Shown here piece after piece: positions 47,454 through 57,285 of a stretch of 64,000 nucleotides of DNA. The stretch's first letter is position 1. Each line of letters starts with the position of its first letter. Source of the stretch: Bacteroidales bacterium. Lineage in GTDB: Bacteria; Bacteroidota; Bacteroidia; Bacteroidales; NBLH01. A model generated the notes under the pieces. The model ran no database searches, was not told the DNA's origin, and worked only from the letters and a program-made list of their open reading frames with translations. The stretch is from contig JBNKRJ010000019.1 of the NCBI GenBank assembly GCA_050296515.1, forward strand, positions 45,654 through 109,653, given 5' to 3'. Made by a program: the position numbers and the translations under genes.

Positions 47454-49208
47454 ATGAAGAAAGTTACATTCAATTACCTGTTACTATTTGTCGCAGCTAC
47501 AGTATTCTTAGCAAGTTGTGGCGGACTAAAAAAAATGGCTGATAAAGCTCAGGATTTAAAAAATAATGTTACCCCAAATCCGCTAGAAATGCATGCAGAG
47601 AAAGTTCCTGTTAAATTCAACGGAACAATTCCTCCAAAGTATTTTGATAAAAAAGCCATTTTAGTGATTACTCCAGTATTGAAATACAACACCGGTGAAT
47701 ATACATTAAAGACCAAAACTCTTCAGGGAGAAAAGGTTGAGGATAACAACCCGGTTATTTCTTACGATAAAGGAGGAAGCTTTGAATACGCGGATACTAT
47801 TCCTTACGTTGACGACATGAGAGTTTCAACTTTCGAAATCAGAATGAAAGCATCAAGAGGTGATGAAAATGCTGATCTTATTAATGTTGAGGCTGCAAAA
47901 GGTGTTAACGTAACTCCACGTTTAGTTAAATATGCTGCAGAAGTTGACGGAGTAAAATTCGTTGAAATTCCAGTTACAATGGATGCAAAAATTTCTGACC
48001 TGCAAACTGCAATTATTCTTTATGATCTACAGAAGTCTAACTTAAAATCTTCTGAAACTAAGAAAGAAGAAATGCAAAAGTTACTTGAGCTACTAACAAA
48101 AACTACTGATGAAGATGAGACTGAATTAGTAAATGTTGAGATTGCTAGTTATGCTTCTCCTGACGGACCAGAAGATTTAAATGCCAAATTGGTTGATGAC
48201 AGAGGTAAAACTGCTCAAGGTTATATTGAAAAGAGTCTTAAAAAAGCTGAAGCATCTAAAACTAAAGAAGCTGACTTCATCGTAAAAGAAACTACTCCAA
48301 CTGAAGACTGGGAAGGTTTCAAAAAAGAAGTTGAATCATCAGAAGTACAAGATAAAGAATTGATTTTAAGAGTTCTTTCAATGTATTCAGATCCTGAAGT
48401 AAGAGAAAGAGAAATTAAGAACATTTCTGAAGCTTACACTGCTTTAAAAACTGACATTCTTCCTCAGTTAAGAAGATCTGTTATTAAAGCTAACTATGAA
48501 TCAAAAGTAAAAAGCAACGAAGAATTATTATCAATGGTTGCTGATAGCAATATCATGAAACTTAAATTAACTGAATTGCTTTACACTGCTACATTAACTG
48601 ATGATGCAGCTCTTAAAGAAAAAATTTATGACCAAGCTTTAGCTGTTGAGCCAAATTGCTTCAGAGCTTATAATAACAGAGGTGCTGTTAAAGGTAACAA
48701 TGGTGACATTGCAGGTGCAAAAGCTGATTTTGCTAAGTCAAACGAGTTAAAATCAAATCCTGCAGCTCTTCATAACCTTGGTGCTGTTGCTTTCGCAGAA
48801 GGAAACTTAGAAGAAGCTGAAAAATATTTCGCTGAAGCTAAATCTGCTGGTTGTCAATCGCCACACTTAGGATACAACATGGGTATTATCAACATCATCA
48901 AAGGAGAATATCCAGAAGCAGTGCAAAACTTTGGTTCAGAAAATACTTTCGGAAAAGCTTTAGCTCAAACTTTGAACAAGCAAGATGCTGATGCTGAAGG
49001 TACTTTAAATGCAATGGGAGAAAACGAAAGCGGATGGTTCTATTACCTAAAAGCTATCTCTGCTGCTAAACAAAGTAAAGACGAAGCTGTATTTGAAAAC
49101 TTAAAAACTGCCGTTGGCAAAGTTGATGAAATTAAAACTTATGCTAAAGGTGATGTTGAGTTCATCAAGTACTGGGAAAACGAAACTTTTAAAACTATCA
49201 TACAATAA
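47454..49208 (+). CDS. Lipoprotein with degenerate OmpA-like segment and C-terminal TPR repeats
   Basis: 584 aa. Lipobox VFLASCGG. Contains IASYASPDGPEDLNAKLVDDRGKTA and TPR-like AYNNRGAVKGNNGDIAGAKADFAKS. Confidence 0.7.
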   Translation: MKKVTFNYLLLFVAATVFLASCGGLKKMADKAQDLKNNVTPNPLEMHAEKVPVKFNGTIPPKYFDKKAILVITPVLKYNTGEYTLKTKTLQGEKVEDNNPVISYDKGGSFEYADTIPYVDDMRVSTFEIRMKASRGDENADLINVEAAKGVNVTPRLVKYAAEVDGVKFVEIPVTMDAKISDLQTAIILYDLQKSNLKSSETKKEEMQKLLELLTKTTDEDETELVNVEIASYASPDGPEDLNAKLVDDRGKTAQGYIEKSLKKAEASKTKEADFIVKETTPTEDWEGFKKEVESSEVQDKELILRVLSMYSDPEVREREIKNISEAYTALKTDILPQLRRSVIKANYESKVKSNEELLSMVADSNIMKLKLTELLYTATLTDDAALKEKIYDQALAVEPNCFRAYNNRGAVKGNNGDIAGAKADFAKSNELKSNPAALHNLGAVAFAEGNLEEAEKYFAEAKSAGCQSPHLGYNMGIINIIKGEYPEAVQNFGSENTFGKALAQTLNKQDADAEGTLNAMGENESGWFYYLKAISAAKQSKDEAVFENLKTAVGKVDEIKTYAKGDVEFIKYWENETFKTIIQ

Positions 49209-49234
49209 AGTATAATTAGTTTGAAATAAATGAT

Positions 49235-49262
49235 AAAAAGCGGCCTTGAGCCGCTTTTTTTA
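49235..49262 (+). terminator. Rho-independent terminator
   Basis: agcggc-cttga-gccgct followed by T7. Confidence 0.85.
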
Positions 49263-49263
49263 T

Positions 49264-49300
49264 ACAAAAAAAAAGGATTGCTATTTTCATAACAATCCTT
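49264..49300 (-). terminator. Terminator of tRNA-Arg
   Basis: aaggattg (49273-49280) pairs with caatcctt (49293-49300). On the minus strand it is followed by T9. Confidence 0.8.
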
Positions 49301-49305
49301 CCCGG

Positions 49306-49379
49306 TGACCCAGGGAGGACTCGAACCCCCAACCCTCAGAGCCGAAATCTGATATTCTATCCAATTGAACTACTAGGCC
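49306..49379 (-). tRNA. tRNA-Arg (anticodon TCG)
   Basis: I folded the cloverleaf by hand from the reverse complement: GGCCTAG-TA-GTTC..GAAT-A-TCAGA-TTTCGGC-TCTGA-GGGTT-GGGGG-TTCGAGT-CCTCC-CTGGGTC-A. 74 nt. CCA is not encoded. Confidence 0.85.
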
Positions 49380-49544
49380 ATTTTATTGGAATGCAAAAAT
49401 AATAAAAATGCACAAGCCCACCAATAGCTCTGTGCATTTTTGAAATGATAATAAAAAATGATTATATTTAAGATTACTAACTTATTACGGAGACTTAGTA
49501 TAATCGCTTCTTAATCAACCGACTAACTGCAAGCTTGACATTCT

Positions 49545-50276
49545 ATGATTCTCGAAAAAAACATTTTTTATATTGGAGATCTGGTAATTATGGAACCCAT
49601 TGTCAGCTTAACTGATATAATGGTTTCAGTTGCTTGTTTTGTTGCCTTATACCATCTAAAAAAGTTAAAACTCAATGGGAGAATGTACTTTCATTTTAAA
49701 CTGCATTTCCTTACACTGGGACTGGCAACTCTTTTTGGTGGAACTGTTGGCCATGCTTTTTTATATGCTTTTAGTGATGCATGGAAACTTACTGGCTGGC
49801 TAATCAGTATGATTTCAATTAACTTTTTAGAAAGGGCATTTATAGCGCATACGATTCAACATGTAAGCGAAAAAACCAGATTCATTATAAAAAGCGCCAA
49901 CAATGTTGAACTAATTGCTTTTATGGGAACCACTATATACACCTTAAAGTTTGATTTTGTTGAAATACATACTGGGTTTGGGCTATTATTAGTCATTTTC
50001 CCTCTTCAACTATTTATGTTCTTCAAAACCAAAGATAAAGGTGCAAAGTATATATTTGTAATCGTAGCTTTAGCAATTATCTCTGCTGTAATATTTATTA
50101 ACCAAATTGATATCCACCAATGGTTTAATCATATTTCAATCAGTCATGTATTGATGTTTGTAATGGTCATTTTATTATACCAAAGTGCTGTAACATTGGA
50201 TTACGATAGACGGCATGAAGCGAAAGAAAGAGGTATTGCAAAACTCTTCAGGCAACTAAAGGAAACAATTGACTAA
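49545..50276 (+). CDS. Hypothetical polytopic membrane protein
   Basis: 243 aa, about 7 hydrophobic segments. The start is uncertain; MEPIV at 49590 is an alternative. Confidence 0.55.
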   Translation: MILEKNIFYIGDLVIMEPIVSLTDIMVSVACFVALYHLKKLKLNGRMYFHFKLHFLTLGLATLFGGTVGHAFLYAFSDAWKLTGWLISMISINFLERAFIAHTIQHVSEKTRFIIKSANNVELIAFMGTTIYTLKFDFVEIHTGFGLLLVIFPLQLFMFFKTKDKGAKYIFVIVALAIISAVIFINQIDIHQWFNHISISHVLMFVMVILLYQSAVTLDYDRRHEAKERGIAKLFRQLKETID

Positions 50277-50336
50277 CTGTTTCTTAAAATATTAGTTAAA
50301 TTAATCATCACCTTCGCATTTTTCGCACAAGTTTTC

Positions 50337-50344
50337 TACTTTTG
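50337..50344 (+). promoter_or_regulatory. TAnnTTTG -7 box upstream of leuS
   Basis: TACTTTTG, 73 nt before the ATG at 50417. Confidence 0.4.
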
Positions 50345-50416
50345 CGAACTGTAAAAAGCCTAAGTAGAATTGTTTAGGCGTATTAGGATACTAACCCAAT
50401 TAATGAAGTAAGGGAA

Positions 50417-53176
50417 ATGGAATACAATTTTGGTGAAATAGAAAAGAAGTGGCAAAGCTATTGGAAAGAAAAAGAAACTTACAAAGTTGATATTGATAAC
50501 ACAAGACCAAAATACTATGTGCTGGACATGTTCCCTTACCCATCAGGTGCAGGATTACATGTTGGGCATCCTCTTGGATATATTGCCTCAGATATTTACA
50601 GCCGCTATAAGCGATTGAAAGGCTTCAATGTGTTGCACCCAATGGGTTATGATGCGTTTGGTCTACCTGCTGAGCAATATGCCATTCAAACAGGGCAGCA
50701 CCCTGCAATTACAACTGATAATAACATCAAAAGATATCGCGAACAACTTGATAAAATTGGTTTTTCGTATGATTGGAACCGCGAAGTAAGAACATCTGAT
50801 CCTGAATACTACAAATGGACACAATGGGCTTTTATTCAAATGTTTAAGCATTGGTTTAATAATCAAACCCAAAAAGCAGAACCCATTGAAAATCTTGTTT
50901 CGATATTTGAAAAAGAAGGAAATAAAAACATTGATGCAGCTACTACTCAAGCAGAAGTTTTTAGTGCAGAAGACTGGAAAAAGTTTACGGAAAAAGAACA
51001 GCAGGAGATATTGCTTAATTATCGATTAGCTTATCGTGCAAATACTAAAGTAAACTGGTGTCCGGAATTAGGGACAGTTTTAGCTAATGATGAAGTAGTA
51101 AATGGTGTTTCGGAGCGAGGTGGCCATCCCGTAATCCAGAAAAATATGGAGCAATGGTTATTGCGTATTACTGCCTATGCAAAACGTTTACTTGATGGCC
51201 TTGATACCATTGACTGGACAGAATCGTTAAAAGAAATGCAGCGTAACTGGATTGGCCGATCTGAAGGTGCACAGGTTTTCTTTGACTTGAAAGGACATGA
51301 TGAGAAAATTGAGATTTTCACCACTCGACCTGACACTATTTATGGAGCCACCTTTATGGTGATAGCCCCTGAAAGTGAATTAGTTGATGCCTTAACAACT
51401 TCAGAACAAAAAGCAGAAGTTGATGAATACGTTTCAGTATCGAAAAAGAGAACCGAAAGAGAAAGAATCGCTGAAGTAAAAAATATTACCGGTGTATTTA
51501 CCGGTTCCTATGCTGTTAATCCATTTACCAATGAAGAAATTCCGATTTGGGTGGCAGATTATGTGTTGGCTGGCTACGGAACAGGAGCCATTATGGCTGT
51601 ACCTGCCCATGATAGCAGGGACTATGCTTTTGCTAAGCATTTTGGCCTTGAAATCAGGGAAGTAGTTTCAGGCGGTGATATCAGCGAAGAATCTTACGAT
51701 GCCAAAGATGGTATATTGGTAAATTCAGACCTCATCAATGGATTGAATGTAAAGAAAGCTATCATCAAGATTATCAAAGAAATAGAAAACAGAAACATAG
51801 GCACAAAGCAGATTAATTACCGTTTACGTGATGCTATTTTTAGCCGCCAAAGATATTGGGGCGAGCCATTTCCTGTTTATTTTAAAAACGGTGTTCCCTA
51901 CCCAGTGGATGAAAGTCAATTACCTCTTGAATTACCAGAAATTGATGCATACAAGCCTACTGAAGATGGAGATCCACCACTGGGAAGAGCAAAAAACTGG
52001 GAAACCAAAGAGGGGTATCCTTATGAATTAAGTACCATGCCTGGTTTTGCAGGATCCTCTGCATACTATTTGCGTTATATGGACCCAAGAAACAATAATG
52101 CCTTGGTTTCTAAAGAAGCCAATGAATACTGGCAGGATGTTGACTTGTATATTGGTGGAACTGAGCATGCTGTGGGCCATTTAATGTATTCACGTTTTTG
52201 GAATAAGTTTTTATATGATCTTGGATATGTGGTTAAAGATGAACCATTTAAAAAACTCATCAATCAGGGAATGATTCAAGGTCGTTCAAATTTTGTATAT
52301 AGAATAAATAATACAAACAAATTTGTTTCGCTTGGTTTAAAAGAGAATTATGAAACTACTCCCCTTCATGTGGATGTAAATATTGTACATCATGATGTTT
52401 TAGATATTGAAGCTTTTAAGGCATGGAACCCAGATTTTGCTGATGCCGAGTTCATCTTAGAAGATGGTAAATATCATTGTGGATATGCCGTTGAAAAGAT
52501 GTCTAAGCGCTATTACAATGTGGTAAATCCTGACATGATAGCTGAACAGTATGGTGCTGATACACTTCGATTGTATGAAATGTTTTTAGGGCCTATTGAG
52601 CAATCTAAACCATGGGATACTAACGGAATTGAAGGTGTACATAAATTCTTGCGAAAGTATTGGCGATTATTTTACCAGAATGAAAAATTGAATATTTCTG
52701 ATGAGAAACCGACTGAGGCGGAATTAAAAGTACTTCACAAAACAATCAAGAAAGTACAAGATGATATTGAAAGGTTCTCGTTCAATACTTCAATTAGTGC
52801 TTTTATGATTTGTGTAAATGAATTAAACAGCCTAAAATGCAATAAAGAGGCCATTTTAAGCCCTTTAACAAGACTTTTAGCACCATTTGCACCACATATT
52901 ACTGAAGAATTGTGGTTTGTCCTTGGAAACAAAACTACTATCAATGATGCTGAATTCCCAATATTGGAAGAAAAGTATCTGAAAGAAGATAGTATTGTTT
53001 ACCCGGTAGCGTTTAATGGAAAAAGAAGGTTCGAAATTGAGGTTGCAGCAGATGCAAGCAACCAGGAAATTGAAAAACTTGCTCTTGCTCATGAAGTTGC
53101 AGCTAAATGGCTTGAAGGAAAAGCTCCAAAGAAGGTAATTGTTGTGCCTAAAAGAATGGTAAATATTGTTATTTAA
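50417..53176 (+). CDS. leuS: Leucine--tRNA ligase
   Basis: 919 aa. HIGH-type motif [13 protein letters not shown] and KMSKR. Confidence 0.95.
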   Translation: MEYNFGEIEKKWQSYWKEKETYKVDIDNTRPKYYVLDMFPYPSGAGLHVGHPLGYIASDIYSRYKRLKGFNVLHPMGYDAFGLPAEQYAIQTGQHPAITTDNNIKRYREQLDKIGFSYDWNREVRTSDPEYYKWTQWAFIQMFKHWFNNQTQKAEPIENLVSIFEKEGNKNIDAATTQAEVFSAEDWKKFTEKEQQEILLNYRLAYRANTKVNWCPELGTVLANDEVVNGVSERGGHPVIQKNMEQWLLRITAYAKRLLDGLDTIDWTESLKEMQRNWIGRSEGAQVFFDLKGHDEKIEIFTTRPDTIYGATFMVIAPESELVDALTTSEQKAEVDEYVSVSKKRTERERIAEVKNITGVFTGSYAVNPFTNEEIPIWVADYVLAGYGTGAIMAVPAHDSRDYAFAKHFGLEIREVVSGGDISEESYDAKDGILVNSDLINGLNVKKAIIKIIKEIENRNIGTKQINYRLRDAIFSRQRYWGEPFPVYFKNGVPYPVDESQLPLELPEIDAYKPTEDGDPPLGRAKNWETKEGYPYELSTMPGFAGSSAYYLRYMDPRNNNALVSKEANEYWQDVDLYIGGTEHAVGHLMYSRFWNKFLYDLGYVVKDEPFKKLINQGMIQGRSNFVYRINNTNKFVSLGLKENYETTPLHVDVNIVHHDVLDIEAFKAWNPDFADAEFILEDGKYHCGYAVEKMSKRYYNVVNPDMIAEQYGADTLRLYEMFLGPIEQSKPWDTNGIEGVHKFLRKYWRLFYQNEKLNISDEKPTEAELKVLHKTIKKVQDDIERFSFNTSISAFMICVNELNSLKCNKEAILSPLTRLLAPFAPHITEELWFVLGNKTTINDAEFPILEEKYLKEDSIVYPVAFNGKRRFEIEVAADASNQEIEKLALAHEVAAKWLEGKAPKKVIVVPKRMVNIVI

Positions 53177-53177
53177 T

Positions 53178-53205
53178 TAGAAGCTAGAACTTAGAAATTA
53201 GATAA
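53178..53205. repeat. Four heptads TAGAnnn starting 2 nt after the leuS stop
   Basis: tagaagc tagaact tagaaat tagataa. It shares the 10-mer gaacttagaa with 31003-31012. Confidence 0.85.
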
Positions 53206-53444
53206 GAGATTTATTGAATAAACTAATTGGGTACAGCTCTTACATAATTTGAGATTGACAATATGCTTCAAATACTAATAACCAGGCACTAATATCTCAT
53301 ACCTCTTATAATTTAATCCGTGTTGCATAAATTGTGGCACGGTTCTTTTATTTAATAAAACAGAAATCGCAAATTCTATAAAATTGTATTTTTTGTAAAT
53401 TAATTATTACATTAGCCACCGATTAGCTTATTAACCTTTTAGTT

Positions 53445-54704
53445 ATGAAAAAAGACCTCATTGTTTCAATATTATTCTCAATCATTTTATTACCACTTAT
53501 TGACTCAGTCTGCCAACCTCATGAACCAGCTATTCATGTCGTGGATGTAAGTCAGGATCATGAAGTTACATTGGAATACGGCTTGCCTGTCGACTCATTT
53601 CTTGTAGAAGAAAATACGATTAAAGCAGGAAGTAGTTTGTCAACAATAATCAATGGGCTAAACATTGCATCAGAGAAAGTTCAATCAATCATAAAAAAAG
53701 CTTCAGAAGTTTTCGATTTAAAAAAAATAAAACAGGGAAATAAATACAAAGTATTTCATACTAAGGATAGCTCTGAAGTGAATTATCTTGTTTATGAGCA
53801 AAATGCTACCGAATATGTTTTATTTAACCTGATTGACAGTATCCACGTTGAACAGAAACAAAAAGACATAAAAATAGATACAAAAACTGCTTGTGGCACC
53901 ATTGAATCTTCGCTTTGGGATGCTGTTGTAAACAGTGGTTCAAGTCCGATGCTGGCATTAAAACTTTCAGATGTTTATGCCTGGTCTGTTGACTTTTTTG
54001 GATTACAGAGAGGTGATCAATTTAAAGTTTATTATGAGGTAGAATCAGTTGAAGGTGAGGAGATTGGAATTAGTAAAATACATGCAGCCTGGTTTAAACA
54101 CTATGGCAAAGAATATTATGCTATCCCATTTTATCAGGACAGTATCCTGCAGTTTTTTGATGAAAACGGAAACAGTATCAAAAAGGCATTTTTGAAAGCC
54201 CCCTTGAACTATACCAGGATCGCTTCTCGCTTTTCACATAACCGTATGCACCCAATTTTAAAATATCGTCGTCCGCACCTGGCAGTTGATTATTCAGCTC
54301 CAAGAGGTACACCCGTGCAGGCTATTGGTGACGGAACTGTTATACATGCAGCTTACAGCGGTGGTGCCGGTAACTATGTAAAAATAAAACATAACAGTAT
54401 CTATACCACTGGATACATGCATCTTTCGGGATACGGAAAAGGTATTAGAAATGGAACACGAGTGAAACAGGGTGATATTATCGGCTACGTTGGAAGTACT
54501 GGTCTTTCAACTGGTCCCCATCTTGATTTCAGGGTCTGGAAAAACGGTGTTCATATCGATCCTCTTAAGCTGGAAGCTCCACCTGCAGAGCCCGTAAAAG
54601 AAGAAAAAATGGATTTCTTTAAGCAAATTAGGGATATTTGGGTAAAAGAGTTAAATAAGCTTGTGATTAAAGATGTAGAGGTTGTTGCCGGGGTAATTGA
54701 TTAG
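53445..54704 (+). CDS. M23 family peptidoglycan metalloendopeptidase
   Basis: 419 aa. Signal peptide. Contains HLAVDYSAPRGTPV, GNYVKIKH and GSTGLSTGPHLDFRV. Confidence 0.9.
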   Translation: MKKDLIVSILFSIILLPLIDSVCQPHEPAIHVVDVSQDHEVTLEYGLPVDSFLVEENTIKAGSSLSTIINGLNIASEKVQSIIKKASEVFDLKKIKQGNKYKVFHTKDSSEVNYLVYEQNATEYVLFNLIDSIHVEQKQKDIKIDTKTACGTIESSLWDAVVNSGSSPMLALKLSDVYAWSVDFFGLQRGDQFKVYYEVESVEGEEIGISKIHAAWFKHYGKEYYAIPFYQDSILQFFDENGNSIKKAFLKAPLNYTRIASRFSHNRMHPILKYRRPHLAVDYSAPRGTPVQAIGDGTVIHAAYSGGAGNYVKIKHNSIYTTGYMHLSGYGKGIRNGTRVKQGDIIGYVGSTGLSTGPHLDFRVWKNGVHIDPLKLEAPPAEPVKEEKMDFFKQIRDIWVKELNKLVIKDVEVVAGVID

Positions 54705-54749
54705 AACTGAAGTCAATTCCCTCCAAGGAGTGAAATTATTATTTATGTC

Positions 54750-55259
54750 CTACAATCTTTTATTTTCATAAAACTTGATAATAGCAGACTTCATATCTTC
54801 ATTATCATCTATGAGAAACAATTGATCCGCATTACTTAAATCTTTTAATATTTCATTAAAACAATTTGCCATATCAATACCTCCCATAATAGTTGATGGA
54901 GTGTGTGATGACCTAACTTTTTGCTCAACTTTCCTAACATTCTTATCAATACTAGAGATTTTCTCCTTTAACTCATAGTCATCAGAGTCATGTTCTTTTG
55001 AATTTATAGATGAGAGCAATATTGATTTTTGTTTTTTAAGAGTATTAATTTCATTAATATTCTTATTCCAGTTTTCGATGTAAGAATATACACCGTCAGA
55101 TAAAGCACAGATAAAAAGTATTGTTTCTGAATCTATAAAATATAATTGATTTTGCTCAAACTCCTCAACAATTAAACATACTGCTTCATCTCTATCTTTG
55201 CCATATATTTTAGCAAGAATCCTTAGAACAAACGATTTATAAGTTTCCCTCATAACCAA
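54750..55259 (-). CDS. Hypothetical cytoplasmic protein with central coiled coil, coupled to the cyclase fragment
   Basis: 169 aa. Starts 9 nt after the cyclase ORF stop. No TM helix, TIR-like or cNMP-binding pattern is visible. Confidence 0.6.
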   Translation of the reverse strand: MVMRETYKSFVLRILAKIYGKDRDEAVCLIVEEFEQNQLYFIDSETILFICALSDGVYSYIENWNKNINEINTLKKQKSILLSSINSKEHDSDDYELKEKISSIDKNVRKVEQKVRSSHTPSTIMGGIDMANCFNEILKDLSNADQLFLIDDNEDMKSAIIKFYENKRL

Positions 55260-55268
55260 AATTACGAA

Positions 55269-55769
55269 CTACTTCACCCCTTCCACAAAATACATATCCA
55301 CCTGCCCTTTATTTTTTGCCTCAATTTTACCACGATGAGTACATTTGAAATTCTTTTTAATCAATTCATAGGTGTCTCCTGAGATGTTCACCTTTCCAGG
55401 TTCTCCAGAAGACTCTATCCTGGCCGCAAGGTTTACGGTATCTCCCCAAATGTCGTAGGCATATTTTTTTATACCAACAACTCCAGCCACCACCTTACCA
55501 GTATGTAAACCAATTCTTATTTCAAAAAATGGTTTGTTTGCCTTTTTACATTCCTCTTTATGGGTTTCCATAAAATCTCTTATTTCTAGTGCTGCATTCA
55601 CTGCTTCTGCTACATTTTTCTTGTCTTCTTTAAGAAGGCCAGCTGCGCACATATAAGCATCCCCTATGGTTTTTATTTTTTCAAAAGGCTTGATTGCAAG
55701 CTGAAGAAGGTTTTCAATGAGGCCGATCGGGATATTTATCCATATTGATAATTGTTGAATTTTATTCAT
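55269..55769 (-). CDS. Class III adenylate/guanylate cyclase catalytic domain, N-terminally truncated (possible gene remnant)
   Basis: 166 aa. EKIKTIGDAYMCAAGL, RIGLHTGKVVAGVVG, YDIWGDTVNLAARIESSGEPGKVNIS and KNKGQVDMYFV are canonical. The FxDIxGFT beta1 strand and any sensor domain are missing. Confidence 0.75.
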   Translation of the reverse strand: MNKIQQLSIWINIPIGLIENLLQLAIKPFEKIKTIGDAYMCAAGLLKEDKKNVAEAVNAALEIRDFMETHKEECKKANKPFFEIRIGLHTGKVVAGVVGIKKYAYDIWGDTVNLAARIESSGEPGKVNISGDTYELIKKNFKCTHRGKIEAKNKGQVDMYFVEGVK

Positions 55770-55847
55770 AAAATTAACTTGGGAAACATCAGTTAAGTTA
55801 CTAATTCTATCCCAAAATATGAATACCAGATCCCCTATTTATAATGA

Positions 55848-57143
55848 TTATCTAATTTCAGAAAGTTCTCCCAGAACCAGTTTATTCATTAATTCAACAG
55901 ACTTTTTTACTCCATCAGTTGCCCTAACCTTCTCTTGAACTTTTTTTGCATTCACTTTATAGCTGCCATTTGATATTTTTCTGACAGATTTTACTATCCT
56001 TTTAGCATTTACTTCGTAAATTGGGATTCGAATAGCCATCCCTGCCTTTGCAATGCCATCAATATTCGCCTGTTGCTCGGCCTGAAACCCAATTCCAACC
56101 ACAGGAGTACCTGCCCAAACTGCGGTTTGAATAGTTCCCTGACCTCCATGTGTAACCGCAACATCAGCCATTTCATTTACCAAATGAGCAGGAAGGAATT
56201 TAGCAGCATAAAATCGCTCTGTGTTTGAACCCAGTTCTTCAGGCTTTAAAATTGTTGTTGTTGAACAAACAATATTAAAATCCGCCTGTTTTTTTAATGC
56301 ATTTATAACGAGCTTCAAAGTTTCCGGAAAACCAGAACTACCTAAGGAACAAAAAACATTGATTCCGGGTCTGCTAAAAACCTTTTTAACCTCCTCAGGT
56401 ACAGGCATGTCCATCATTGAAAAAATGGGCCCTGTATAGTAATAACCCGGTGTAAGAAGTTCTTCAGGTAAACGGCTTAAAACAGGCATATCCGGCAGCA
56501 AAGTAATATCTCCCCTGACTAAATCAACAATATTGTAAACGGGCTTTAATCCAAAGTGATTTCTGGCCTCATTAAAACTGGTTAAAGATGCCTTTGCAGA
56601 ATCTCTCAGTAATACCTTTTTCATTATCTTCCGCTTAATAAAACCAGGCAAAACATAACGCATAAAAAAGGTTTTTTCCATGGTATTGGGCATGTTATAC
56701 AGCTCCTGATTAATAAAAGCCGGGCAATTGACAGTGGGTACCTGGGTAACCATTGGCAACTTGGCATAAGGAACTGAAATCATGCAGCTTAAATTAAGAC
56801 CAGCATATACACCATCTGGTTTATATCCTTCAAAGGCTTTTAAATCAGCCTCTGCCATTTTCACCCAATCTTCTTTGGAGACAGGCAGTGGAGTGCCTAC
56901 CGGAGCTTTGTACCTGTTGATATCCATAATGATTTGATGCTGCTCCCAAGTCAGCTCAGGCTGAAGATCTTCCGATTCAATTCCTGCTCCTGTAATCATA
57001 TGATTATGAACGCCTCCATGATTAAAGAATTTGACTTGCGCACCAGTTGCTTTCATTCCTTTAGCGGTTTCAAGTGCTCTTGTAAAATCACCAAGGTTAT
57101 GACCATAAGAGAAAAATGCCCATTTTAGATTGGATGTATTCAT
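55848..57143 (-). CDS. GT1 family UDP-glycosyltransferase (MGT/UGT-like)
   Basis: 431 aa. C-terminal nucleotide-sugar motif VTHGGQGTIQTAVWAGTPVVGIGFQAEQQANI. Confidence 0.8.
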   Translation of the reverse strand: MNTSNLKWAFFSYGHNLGDFTRALETAKGMKATGAQVKFFNHGGVHNHMITGAGIESEDLQPELTWEQHQIIMDINRYKAPVGTPLPVSKEDWVKMAEADLKAFEGYKPDGVYAGLNLSCMISVPYAKLPMVTQVPTVNCPAFINQELYNMPNTMEKTFFMRYVLPGFIKRKIMKKVLLRDSAKASLTSFNEARNHFGLKPVYNIVDLVRGDITLLPDMPVLSRLPEELLTPGYYYTGPIFSMMDMPVPEEVKKVFSRPGINVFCSLGSSGFPETLKLVINALKKQADFNIVCSTTTILKPEELGSNTERFYAAKFLPAHLVNEMADVAVTHGGQGTIQTAVWAGTPVVGIGFQAEQQANIDGIAKAGMAIRIPIYEVNAKRIVKSVRKISNGSYKVNAKKVQEKVRATDGVKKSVELMNKLVLGELSEIR

Positions 57144-57234
57144 AGTTAGTTTAGTTTAAAGCGGGCTAAAATAACAAAATTTCAAATCATTTTATGGCTG
57201 AAAAATAAATTGGATTTAGGAAAGGTTGAGTAAC

Positions 57235-57263
57235 AAAAAAAGCTGCCCCACTGGAACAGCTTT
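57235..57263 (-). terminator. Terminator of pheS
   Basis: aaagctg (57239-57245) pairs with cagcttt (57257-57263). A T-run follows on the minus strand. Confidence 0.7.
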
Positions 57264-57285
57264 AGTACTTATTATTATGAGGCAA

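Noticed and set aside
50277-50416. T-box or other riboswitch leaders upstream of leuS, pheS, purN and the M20 gene
   Set aside because: I recognise no conserved riboswitch or T-box core sequence by eye. T-box control is also not expected in Bacteroidota.
54750-55769. Pycsar- or CBASS-type antiphage module (minimal cyclase followed by an effector)
   Set aside because: The gene order fits, but the cyclase lacks the first metal-binding strand. The downstream protein shows no TM helices, TIR-like motifs or cyclic-nucleotide-binding pattern that I can see. No other defence genes flank the pair. I kept it as an open finding rather than a system call.
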